A stretch of DNA of 64,000 nucleotides from Deltaproteobacteria bacterium (GTDB taxonomy: Bacteria > SAR324 > NAC60-12), in contig JAYOTF010000002.1 of NCBI GenBank assembly GCA_038150265.1, positions 17,303 to 81,302 on the forward strand, given 5' to 3'. The translations under genes and the position numbers were made by a program. Under the pieces are notes generated by a model. It had not been told where the DNA came from. It searched no databases and worked only from the letters and a program-made list of their open reading frames with translations. Shown here in pieces: positions 39,961-48,599 of this stretch; within the stretch, counting starts at the first letter, position 1; each line of letters begins with the position of its first letter.

Positions 39961-41329
39961 GCGCTTCAATGTACTCCCGAACCGCCTCGGCAGTGGCGGG
40001 CAGGACGGTTTTTCGCGTTTCCTGGCTCGTCAGGGCCTGAAGCTCAGCGGGCAATTCCAGCGGGGTGTGGGTCGCTCGCTCAACGGCTTCGGCAAACTTC
40101 GCAGGGTGCGCACAGGCCAGCGAGATCACGGGTCCTTCCAGCTGAAGCGTCTGCGCCGCGTGGATTCCGGTGGCCGTGTGGGGGTCCAGCAGGTAGCCGT
40201 GGTCGCGGAAGGTCTGCTGAATGGTCTCCAGAATGTCCTCATCGGAGGCTCCGGCGGAGTCGAACTCCCTGCGGGCTTCAGCAAGCAGGGGCGCCTCAAT
40301 CGTCAGCTTTCCGGTCTCCCGGAAGGTCCTCATCCAGTTCCGGATGGTGGCGGCATCTCGTCCAGCCAGCTCAAAGAGGTAGCGCTCGAAGTTGCTCGAG
40401 ATCTGGATGTCCATGGACGGACTCAGCGTTGGTGTGACCGTGGACTGGTGGTAGGCGCCTGTGCTGAAGAAGCGGTGGAGGATGTCGTTCTGGTTGGTGG
40501 CCACGACCAGGCGGTTCACCGGGAGGCCCATCTGCTTGGCGTACCAGCCGGCCAGGATGTTGCCGAAGTTCCCGGAAGGCACCACAAAGGAAACCGGCGC
40601 TCCCTTGTCACTGACCCGGAACCAGGCATAGAAGTAGTAGACGATTTGGGCAAGAACCCGCGCCCAGTTGATGGAATTCACAGCGCCGAGGTGGTACTGG
40701 CGCTTGAAGTCCAGGTCTCCAAACAGGTCCTTGACGATGTTCTGGGCGTCATCGAAGAAGCCCCGGACCGCGAGGTTGTGGATGTTCGGATCCAGCACCG
40801 TTGTCATTTGCCGTTCCTGAATCGGGCTGACGCGGCCTTCCGGATGCAGCATGAAGACTTCCACGCCGGAACGTCCACGCATGCCATGAATGGCTGCGCT
40901 TCCGGTATCTCCGGAGGTGGCCCCGAGGATCCGGAGCGGGTGCTGGCGCTTCTCCAGGAAGTGTTCAAAGAGGTTGCCAAGAAACTGCAGGGCCACATCC
41001 TTGAAGGCGAACGTGGGGCCGTGAAACAGCTCGAGGACGAAGCGGTCTCCAACCGGCTTGACGGGGGTGACTTCCGGGGTCCGGAAGCTCTGGTAGCTCC
41101 GCTCCAGCAAATCGCGCAGGGTCGCTTCCGGAAGCTCGTCTTGCACAAAGTGCTTCAGGAGGGCGGTGCCCAGCTCCGGAAAGCTCAGGGGCCTCCACGC
41201 TTCCAGCTCCTGACTCAGGTCCGGAAGGGTGTCAGGAACCAGCAGGCCTCCGTCTTCAGCGAGGCCCATCATGACGGCCTCTTCAAAGGAAAGCCCTTCA
41301 ACTTGTCCGCGCGTGCTGCGATAATGCAT
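39947..41329 (-). CDS. thrC: threonine synthase
   Basis: YRSTRG, GLAEDGGL, ELFHGPTFAFKD, ATSGDTGSAA, NSINWAR, DPHTA, AHPAKF. Confidence 0.96.
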   Translation of the reverse strand: MHYRSTRGQVEGLSFEEAVMMGLAEDGGLLVPDTLPDLSQELEAWRPLSFPELGTALLKHFVQDELPEATLRDLLERSYQSFRTPEVTPVKPVGDRFVLELFHGPTFAFKDVALQFLGNLFEHFLEKRQHPLRILGATSGDTGSAAIHGMRGRSGVEVFMLHPEGRVSPIQERQMTTVLDPNIHNLAVRGFFDDAQNIVKDLFGDLDFKRQYHLGAVNSINWARVLAQIVYYFYAWFRVSDKGAPVSFVVPSGNFGNILAGWYAKQMGLPVNRLVVATNQNDILHRFFSTGAYHQSTVTPTLSPSMDIQISSNFERYLFELAGRDAATIRNWMRTFRETGKLTIEAPLLAEARREFDSAGASDEDILETIQQTFRDHGYLLDPHTATGIHAAQTLQLEGPVISLACAHPAKFAEAVERATHTPLELPAELQALTSQETRKTVLPATAEAVREYIEAHAQL

Positions 41330-41355
41330 GGATTGATTCGTAATGAGGTTCAATT

Positions 41356-41940
41356 TTGAGAAGACTGGTGCGCTGCACGCCCCCGTTTTCTAGAAAGGAA
41401 GGTCCGTTGTCAAGTTGGAGAGCATGGTTGCTGGGATTGGGACTCGTGTTGTGGGGACCTCTGCTTTGGGCTCAGTCGGCTCCGGTGTTGCCCGAGTTTC
41501 AGCTCTATCACTCTGTGGGAAGCCGAGGTAGTTCTTATACCACACTTGCTGGAGGCTTGGCCATTCATTTGTTTGAGGAATCCGGAGGCCCGTCACGGTA
41601 CCTGCACGTGCTGGCGCTGCAGGTGCCCGGCGCGCGGCTGAGCTCCTTTCACCCGGAAACCGATGGGCAGGGGGTGGAGTTGGGGGTGCATGACCAGTGG
41701 ACGGTGCCTGCAGGAAAGGCGGCGACTCTTTCAGTCCGGCACCTTGAGTGGAAGGAAGCCGCGCCGGAGTCCGGAGTGGGGAAGGCGTCTCTGGATGCCC
41801 TCCACATGGGCTGGAGCTGGGAGACCGGAGTGGCCCCGTGGGTGGTCTGGCTGTTCGGGCTGGATCTGGTCACGCTGCACCTCCCGCATGATCGTCCCAC
41901 CGAGCTTCAGCTGGCACTGGGGTTCCGGTCTTCCTTCTGA
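41356..41940 (+). CDS. exported hypothetical protein, possibly a small outer-membrane beta-barrel
   Basis: Signal-like hydrophobic stretch, alternating beta pattern, C-terminal Phe; start uncertain. Confidence 0.5.
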   Translation: MRRLVRCTPPFSRKEGPLSSWRAWLLGLGLVLWGPLLWAQSAPVLPEFQLYHSVGSRGSSYTTLAGGLAIHLFEESGGPSRYLHVLALQVPGARLSSFHPETDGQGVELGVHDQWTVPAGKAATLSVRHLEWKEAAPESGVGKASLDALHMGWSWETGVAPWVVWLFGLDLVTLHLPHDRPTELQLALGFRSSF

Positions 41941-41945
41941 GGATC

Positions 41946-44357
41946 CTACAGCATCGCCAGGGCGTCCTGAATCTGCTGAGACTCTTCATCGGACAGGATG
42001 AAGTCTGACTTGAGGATGGCAAAGGCCTGCTCGGGCATGATCTTCTCCACCAGCTTGGCGTCATCCATCCGCAGCATGATCCGAACCAGGCGGTCAAACA
42101 TCCCCTTCGGCGTTTCAAAGGCTCCCTTGTTGAGCATGAGGAACTTGTCTACCTGAGCGGGGACGTCAAAGCGCTTCTTGGCCTCATCGAAGACAAATGC
42201 CTTGGAGTGGGCGTTGTAGTAGCCGTGAGCCAGAAGCTTGAGCCGGGCAAAGTTGACAATGAAGTCGCTGGCCGTCTTGCTGGCATGGAGGGCCTTCTCC
42301 AGGTTGGTGACGGTGGACTGCGGAGCGTTGTAGCTGGCCTCGGCCTTGTCGAGGCTGTCAAACATCACGTGGGTGTGCGTGAGGATGTAGTACAGCATGT
42401 CTCCCTTGGGCGTGCGCATCCGCCGGGTCACCCGCCGGAGGGTGTCCATCACGTTGGCGGGGAAGGGGTCGTAGCGTCCGGAGGTCTTGGACTGCTGCAT
42501 GCTCTTGAGGGCCTTGAGCGGATCGGAGTCGGTGGTGGAGCGCCCAATCATGCTCTGCTCAATGTGGTGGGCCGACCGGTGACCTTCCGGAGAGTCGTCG
42601 GCATCGTGGCTGGCGGACATCCGGGGGGCTTCTGTTGCCTGCAGGGACTTCACGCGGAGCTTGACCGGCAGCAGCTGCTCCTCTGCTGTTTCCACAAAGA
42701 GGCGCTCTTCTTCAAAGGAGCTGTCCAGCACCTCAAGGACCACCCACTCCAGGGCTTCCGCGTTGAAATCAACGGCTCGGAGGAGCTCCTCCTGGTAACC
42801 CGGAGGCGTGGCCAGGAAGTCCTGCAGGGCCTGAGCCTGATCCGCAGGATCGGTTTGTTCGGTCCGGATGCTGTCAAAGTGCGCGTAGAAGTCCTGAAAG
42901 CGGTCAATGGACCGAGAGAGCAACTCGCCCATCATTTCCACGTTACCGAGCACCATGCAGGCGGAGGCAACCGAGGTCCGGGCTTCATAAGCCTGCTGAA
43001 GCCACTGGTAGAGCTGCAAGGAGGGAGCGGTCTGGTTGGAATCGACGTCTTCAATCAAGGCTCCGAGTTGCATCTCATACTGAGAGATCTCGTTGCGGGC
43101 CTGCTCAATCTCACCGATGGTTTCCGTCAGGCCCTTGACAAAAGCCGCGACGATGTCCAGCTTCTCCAGCAGCTCCTTCGACTCCAGGAGCATGCGGTGG
43201 TGTGAGTCAAAAATCTGCAAGGCCTTGCGCAGCAGTCCCTGAATGGTGGTCAGGACCTTTTTCAGAAAGTCGGGTTTGAGGCGCTTGGGGGAGGCGTTGT
43301 AGTACAGCTTCCCAAAGGAAACCGCGAGGTTTCCGAGGATGGAATTGACCTGCCGGAGGGAGTCCAGAACCTGCTCGAGCTTCCCATTAAACATTTGCAG
43401 GTCTTGTTGCTCCTGTGTAGCCTTTTGAAGATGCTTCTCCGCGAACTCGCTGGGCTTCCGGCTTCCCGTGAGCTGCAAGTTCAGGTCGTTCAGGTACTGC
43501 AAGGGCGCCAGAGGAACCTGCAACAGCCCGAGTTGCAGCCGCAGGTCATTCACGGTCAGAGGAAAGCGTCCCTTGGGGTCGTGCAGGGCCTTCGGGGCCC
43601 GCTGAAGGGCGAGGTTTTGCTGAATGCCCTTGAGCCGTGTCAGGATGGAATCGATGGTGGGCTGAGGCTGCTGGGGAGCCGGTTGCTGCTTCTTGATAAC
43701 GGAGTCCAGAAGCTGCTCCTCCATTTCCTGCAGGGGGCGGAGGCCCTGGAACAGCTTGTAGGCGGCTTCCAGCTCTTCCACCGTGAGGGGCTGCTCGGCG
43801 CCCCCGAATTCCGGGCGGTTCAGGAGCTCCTGAGCCTGAGGCTTTTGCTGGGTGTAGACCTGCTCGAACTTGGCGACGAAGTCGTCATCGACCTGATGCG
43901 GAACCGGCAAGTCGCGCCAGCTTTTCTGAGTCTGGAGGCTGTCATGAAGCCGATCCAGCTGGGCGAGAACACGGGTCACGGATTCCCGGGGGGTCAGGCC
44001 CTTGGGTTCCATCCCGAAGAAGCCCTGATCGAGGCTCAGGTGAACGCAGTAGCTCAGGTGGCTGATGCGAGACCCCAGGTCCAGAAAGCGCTGGGGGGCC
44101 CGCTGGAAGTGCTCCGGAGTCCGGCATTCCTCATAATACGTTTTGAAGAGCTGGCGAATCTCATTCAGCGTCTTCACGATGGTGCTTTGCTCACTTGAAG
44201 GAATGAACCAGCGGTGGTCGGGATGAAGCGCTGTTTTGACAAACTTCTGGATGGCTTCTGTTTCAACCTGAGCCGCCTGTAACTGGGAGACCGGTCGTCT
44301 CTGTTGCTGGAGCGCCGAGCGCTTCTGCTGGACACTTTGGAGAAGAGAATCGTTCAC
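41946..44357 (-). CDS. 803-aa coiled-coil-rich hypothetical protein
   Basis: Long ORF with host-like codon usage; Leu/Gln/Glu heptads; no motif I recognise. Confidence 0.75.
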   Translation of the reverse strand: MNDSLLQSVQQKRSALQQQRRPVSQLQAAQVETEAIQKFVKTALHPDHRWFIPSSEQSTIVKTLNEIRQLFKTYYEECRTPEHFQRAPQRFLDLGSRISHLSYCVHLSLDQGFFGMEPKGLTPRESVTRVLAQLDRLHDSLQTQKSWRDLPVPHQVDDDFVAKFEQVYTQQKPQAQELLNRPEFGGAEQPLTVEELEAAYKLFQGLRPLQEMEEQLLDSVIKKQQPAPQQPQPTIDSILTRLKGIQQNLALQRAPKALHDPKGRFPLTVNDLRLQLGLLQVPLAPLQYLNDLNLQLTGSRKPSEFAEKHLQKATQEQQDLQMFNGKLEQVLDSLRQVNSILGNLAVSFGKLYYNASPKRLKPDFLKKVLTTIQGLLRKALQIFDSHHRMLLESKELLEKLDIVAAFVKGLTETIGEIEQARNEISQYEMQLGALIEDVDSNQTAPSLQLYQWLQQAYEARTSVASACMVLGNVEMMGELLSRSIDRFQDFYAHFDSIRTEQTDPADQAQALQDFLATPPGYQEELLRAVDFNAEALEWVVLEVLDSSFEEERLFVETAEEQLLPVKLRVKSLQATEAPRMSASHDADDSPEGHRSAHHIEQSMIGRSTTDSDPLKALKSMQQSKTSGRYDPFPANVMDTLRRVTRRMRTPKGDMLYYILTHTHVMFDSLDKAEASYNAPQSTVTNLEKALHASKTASDFIVNFARLKLLAHGYYNAHSKAFVFDEAKKRFDVPAQVDKFLMLNKGAFETPKGMFDRLVRIMLRMDDAKLVEKIMPEQAFAILKSDFILSDEESQQIQDALAML

Positions 44358-44440
44358 GGGAACTCCTGAGGACCGCGATTCAAAAAAACATCAGATTATG
44401 AACTGGGGATTCCCAGCTAACTCATTTGATCAACAAAGAA

Positions 44441-46375
44441 ATGGGCTCGTTGCTAAAAAATATCTCACAACCCCGCGAGATTCAACAGCTGAGTTTGGAG
44501 CAGCTCGAGCAGCTCGCAGAAGAGTGTCGGCAACGCATCATTGAAGTCACCAGCAAGCGCGGAGGCCACCTGGCGTCTTCTCTGGGAGCCGTGGAACTCT
44601 CGGTTGCCCTCTTCAAGCTGTTTGACTTCGAGCAAGACCGCATCATCTGGGATGTTGGGCACCAGGCGTATGCCCACAAGATCCTCAGTGGACGCAGCGA
44701 CGCCTTTGAAACCCTGGCCCAAAAGGGAGGCATCAAGAAATTCCTCTCCCGTGATGAAAGCCCCTATGATCACTTTGGAGCCGGGCATGCCTCCACCTCC
44801 ATTTCTGCCGGAGTGGGCATGGCGATCAGCCGGGACCTGAGGCAGCAGGACCATCAGGTCATTGCGGTCATCGGGGACGGCTCCATGACCGGAGGCATGG
44901 CCTTTGAGGCCCTGAACCACAATGGGTTTGCCGAAAAGAAGATGCTGCTGATCTACAGCGACAACGGCATGAGCATTGACCCCAACGTCGGCGCGCTCTC
45001 CAAATTTGTCACCCGCATTGCCGCGTCTCGCTCGTACAACCGCCTTCGTGAAGAAACCTGGGACCTCATTGGCAAGTCCCCCTTCTCGAAGACGCTGCAC
45101 ATTGGCATGGAGAAGGTGCTCGACTCCATGAAGACCTTCTTCACGCCCGGAATGCTCTTCGAGCAGCTAGGCTGGCGGTACTTTGGCCCGGTAGACGGAC
45201 ACAACCTCAAGGAACTCCTCGACATGCTTCAGCATGTGAAGGACTTTGAGGGCCCGGTTGTGGTGCATGCCATCACCAAGAAGGGCAAGGGGTACAAGTA
45301 TGCGGAAGAAGACGCTTACAAGTACCACGGGGTGAAGCCCTTTGTTCCGGAAAGTGGCGAGTTCATCAAGAAGAGCACTGCTGCCCCGACCAAGGCGGTC
45401 AGTTACTCCGACATCTTTGGGACCACCCTGAGTGAGTTGATGAGCAACGATCCGGACGTGGTGGCAATCAGTGCCGCCATGCTCAGCGGAACTGGTTTGT
45501 TAGCCCTGCAAGAACGCTACCCGGATCGCATCATTGATGTTGGGATTGCGGAAGGACACGCGGTGACCTGTGCCGCCGGAATGGCCACCAACGGCACCAA
45601 ACCCTTTGTGGCGATCTATTCCTCGTTCCTCCAGCGCTCTGTTGATCAGCTCATTCACGATGTGGCCATTCAGAACCTTCCGGTCCGCTTCATGCTGGAT
45701 CGCGCGGGTTTTGTGGGCGCTGATGGCCCCACCCATCATGGGGCCTATGACCTGACCTACCTGCGGATGATTCCGGGAATGACGGTCATGGTTCCACGCA
45801 ACGGTGCCGAAATGAAGCGCATGCTCCGCTTTGCCCACGAGTTTGAGTCCGGACCCATCGCCATGCGTTACCCGAGGGGCGAATCGGCCGAGCTGGACGA
45901 GTCCACTGTCCCGCCCATTGAGCTGGGTCAGGCCGAGGTGCTGCAGGAAGGCACAGAGGTGGTGCTCTTTGCCGTGGGGGTGATGGTGGAGCAGGCGCAG
46001 GCCGTGGCCGAGCGTCTGGGTGAGCAGGGGTGGTCGTGTGCGGTGGTCAATGGCCGGTTTGTGAAGCCTCTGGATGCGGAAACCCTCCTGCGCCTGGCAC
46101 ACTCAGCAGAGCTGGTGGTGACACTTGAGGAAAACACCGCCCAGGGGGGATTGGGCAGCGCGGTGCTGGAAACCCTTTCTGCAGCTCAGGTTTTGGTGGA
46201 AACCCTGGTGGTTGGAATTCCCGACCGCTTCATTGCCCAAGGCTCCCCTGACGAACAGCGTGAAGAGGCTCAGCTGTCGGTGGAGGCCATTGAGGCCCAA
46301 ATTCAAACGCGTTTGCAGGGGCGTCAACCTCAACGCCTGCGAGCCCTTCCCCAAGAGGCGCGAAAGGTGTCCTGA
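44441..46375 (+). CDS. dxs: 1-deoxy-D-xylulose-5-phosphate synthase
   Basis: GGHLASSLG, WDVGHQAYAHK, GHASTSISA, IGDGS.TGG, GIAEGH, DGPTHHG. Confidence 0.97.
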   Translation: MGSLLKNISQPREIQQLSLEQLEQLAEECRQRIIEVTSKRGGHLASSLGAVELSVALFKLFDFEQDRIIWDVGHQAYAHKILSGRSDAFETLAQKGGIKKFLSRDESPYDHFGAGHASTSISAGVGMAISRDLRQQDHQVIAVIGDGSMTGGMAFEALNHNGFAEKKMLLIYSDNGMSIDPNVGALSKFVTRIAASRSYNRLREETWDLIGKSPFSKTLHIGMEKVLDSMKTFFTPGMLFEQLGWRYFGPVDGHNLKELLDMLQHVKDFEGPVVVHAITKKGKGYKYAEEDAYKYHGVKPFVPESGEFIKKSTAAPTKAVSYSDIFGTTLSELMSNDPDVVAISAAMLSGTGLLALQERYPDRIIDVGIAEGHAVTCAAGMATNGTKPFVAIYSSFLQRSVDQLIHDVAIQNLPVRFMLDRAGFVGADGPTHHGAYDLTYLRMIPGMTVMVPRNGAEMKRMLRFAHEFESGPIAMRYPRGESAELDESTVPPIELGQAEVLQEGTEVVLFAVGVMVEQAQAVAERLGEQGWSCAVVNGRFVKPLDAETLLRLAHSAELVVTLEENTAQGGLGSAVLETLSAAQVLVETLVVGIPDRFIAQGSPDEQREEAQLSVEAIEAQIQTRLQGRQPQRLRALPQEARKVS

Positions 46376-46542
46376 GGCAAGCCAAAGGGCACTTTTTACT
46401 TGCAAAACCCTGCCAAACCCCTTCTACTTGGACCGTCCGCTTACCCCAGTTTCGGTACTCCTTGACCCGGCATTGAGTTGAGTGCCGAAGCCTCCCTCTG
46501 GCGGTCCAGTTTGTTAACCCCCAATTACTTCAAGGATGAAGA

Positions 46543-46818
46543 ATGTCTGACACGATGTCCCGGCTCGAAGCCAAGATTCAGGATGCGATTGAAACCATTG
46601 AAATGCAACGCATGGAAATTGCCGAACTCAAGCAGCGCAACAATGAGCTTGAGCAGCAGCAGCAGGAGTGGGAAGACAAACTGAACGCCTTGATCGAAAA
46701 GTTCGAGCAATTTGATACCGAAGACGAGGGCAGCAGCTCGGAAGACGAAGGCGCCACAGAAGAGTCCACCACGTCTTATGAGTCTCCCTCCTACGACAAC
46801 TCCGGACATCACTACTGA
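46543..46818 (+). CDS. zapB: cell division protein ZapB-like, with acidic tail
   Basis: RLEAKIQDAIETIEMQRMEIAELK..N...WEDKLNALI matches the ZapB pattern LEAKVQQAIDTI..LQMEIEELK...WQERLQALL. Confidence 0.8.
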   Translation: MSDTMSRLEAKIQDAIETIEMQRMEIAELKQRNNELEQQQQEWEDKLNALIEKFEQFDTEDEGSSSEDEGATEESTTSYESPSYDNSGHHY

Positions 46819-46847
46819 GTCCTTCCCCTCTACGGTCCACCCCTTCC

Positions 46848-48464
46848 ATGCGCTTCCGCCCTGTGATTCGTCGACAGGCTTGGTGGTCCTTTCTCTTTGG
46901 CCTGGTGCTGCTCCTCCTGCCTTCGTGGTGCTGGGGCAAGCTTCAGGTGACGGTCCTGCGTCCCACCCTGACCTACCCCACCCAGAGCGCCCCCTGGCTT
47001 GAGCCGTTTTTGCAGGTGGAGCTGACCCGCCAGCTTCAGCTTTCCGGGCAGTTTGCGGTCATGCCGACCGAGATCGTCGAGCTGTGGCAGCCGCGTTTGC
47101 AGGAGAGCCTGCAGGCCACCCTCAAGGAAATGCAGGTGGAGGTGGGGGTGTCCCTGACCCTGCAGAAGGTGCTGGGGCAGGCCGTCGCGACCTGGCAGGT
47201 GCTGCAGGACAACGGCCAGGAGTGGACGGTGCAGGAGTGGACCCAGACGCTGGCGTGGAATGATCCCGCCGAGGTGGTCCGCGAGCTGCTGCAAGGCCTT
47301 GGACGCTCCACCATCTTTGCCGAGCTGGACCCCTGGCCAGCATCCTATTCCTGGGAGAGCGTGGAGGCGTTCTTCCGGTGGCGTTCGCAGCTCACACAGA
47401 TCCCTCCGGACACCCTGGACGCTCGGCTCAGTGAGCTGGACAGCCTGGAAGCCACCCATCCGGAACTGCAGCAGTGGACCGCGTACTACCGGGCACAGCT
47501 GCTTGTCCTCAAGGCGACCATCCGGCGCCCGGCCCATGTCCCCACGCTGCGAGAGGCCGAAGACGCCCTGAAGCCCGCCCTGGAGCTGCAACCGGGGGCC
47601 AGCGAGCAGCATGCGCTGATGGCGCTGATCCTTCACCTCAAGGGGGAGAAGCCCCTCGCCAAGTCAGAGGCCGTTCAGGCCAATGCGACCAATCCTCGGC
47701 TGGGACCCGCTCTCATTCTCTACGGCCTGACGGTGGGGCAGCGTCCGCAAGACGGGCAGAGCTACATTGTCTCCGGGCTGACGCACTACCCCTTTCTGAA
47801 AGAAGCCTCTCCCCGCGATCTTCCCCCTTACCATGTGTTGGTTCCGGAACTGGCCCGCTGGCTGGCACCTCCGGAGGCCTCAGGCGAGCAGGAAGACTTT
47901 GCGACCCTCATGCGTGAAGGCGAGGCTCAGTACCAGGCCGGGGAGTGGACCCGCTCTGAGCGTTACTTCAAACGAGCCCAACAGCTGGAGCCTGAACGTC
48001 CGGAAGCGCCCGTCTTTTTGGCCCGTCTCCGGATTGCCCAAGAGGACCCCACGGGCAGCCTGAAGATCCTCAACCCCCTCCGGAAGCAATTCCCCAACGA
48101 TCCGCAGGTGATGCTCTACTACGGCTACACCCTCGAAAAGCTTGGAGAGATGGAGGCGGCTGAAAACGCCTACCGGGATTCTCTGCGGAACTCTCCGGAC
48201 AACTCGCGTGCCCTGCTGCGCTTGGGAACAGTGCTCATCAAGCGTGGACGTCTGGAAGAAGCCCGCAGCTTTCTGGAAAGCCTGACCCGCAAGTACCCCA
48301 CTTATACGGTCGCGTGGTGGAACCTGGGCATCACCTACCATCAGCTCAGTGAACTGCGGCTGGCAGAAGAGGCCTGGAGTCAGGCCCTGGCCCTGGAGCC
48401 CAACAACCTCAAAATCCAACGGACCCTGGAGCGGGTTCGACAGGAAATCGCCCGCAGTCGCTGA
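46848..48464 (+). CDS. exported TPR-repeat protein
   Basis: N-terminal signal/TM; C-terminal TPRs (AWWNLGITY, ALALEPNN). Confidence 0.8.
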   Translation: MRFRPVIRRQAWWSFLFGLVLLLLPSWCWGKLQVTVLRPTLTYPTQSAPWLEPFLQVELTRQLQLSGQFAVMPTEIVELWQPRLQESLQATLKEMQVEVGVSLTLQKVLGQAVATWQVLQDNGQEWTVQEWTQTLAWNDPAEVVRELLQGLGRSTIFAELDPWPASYSWESVEAFFRWRSQLTQIPPDTLDARLSELDSLEATHPELQQWTAYYRAQLLVLKATIRRPAHVPTLREAEDALKPALELQPGASEQHALMALILHLKGEKPLAKSEAVQANATNPRLGPALILYGLTVGQRPQDGQSYIVSGLTHYPFLKEASPRDLPPYHVLVPELARWLAPPEASGEQEDFATLMREGEAQYQAGEWTRSERYFKRAQQLEPERPEAPVFLARLRIAQEDPTGSLKILNPLRKQFPNDPQVMLYYGYTLEKLGEMEAAENAYRDSLRNSPDNSRALLRLGTVLIKRGRLEEARSFLESLTRKYPTYTVAWWNLGITYHQLSELRLAEEAWSQALALEPNNLKIQRTLERVRQEIARSR

Positions 48465-48599
48465 ACCCCAATCAGCCCCCACGGAGGGGAAACGGTCGGG
48501 GGCTGTCGTTACATTTTTCCAGATAGAAAACTTGCAGCACCGTGCGCTGAGGCTACCCTGTTGAGCGACTTACCTAACCTCCACCCGTAATGGTGATTC

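Noticed and set aside
48473..48505. CAGCCCCC/GGGGGCTG inverted repeat as a terminator
   Set aside because: The 17-nt loop and lack of an adjacent U-tract make it too weak to call.
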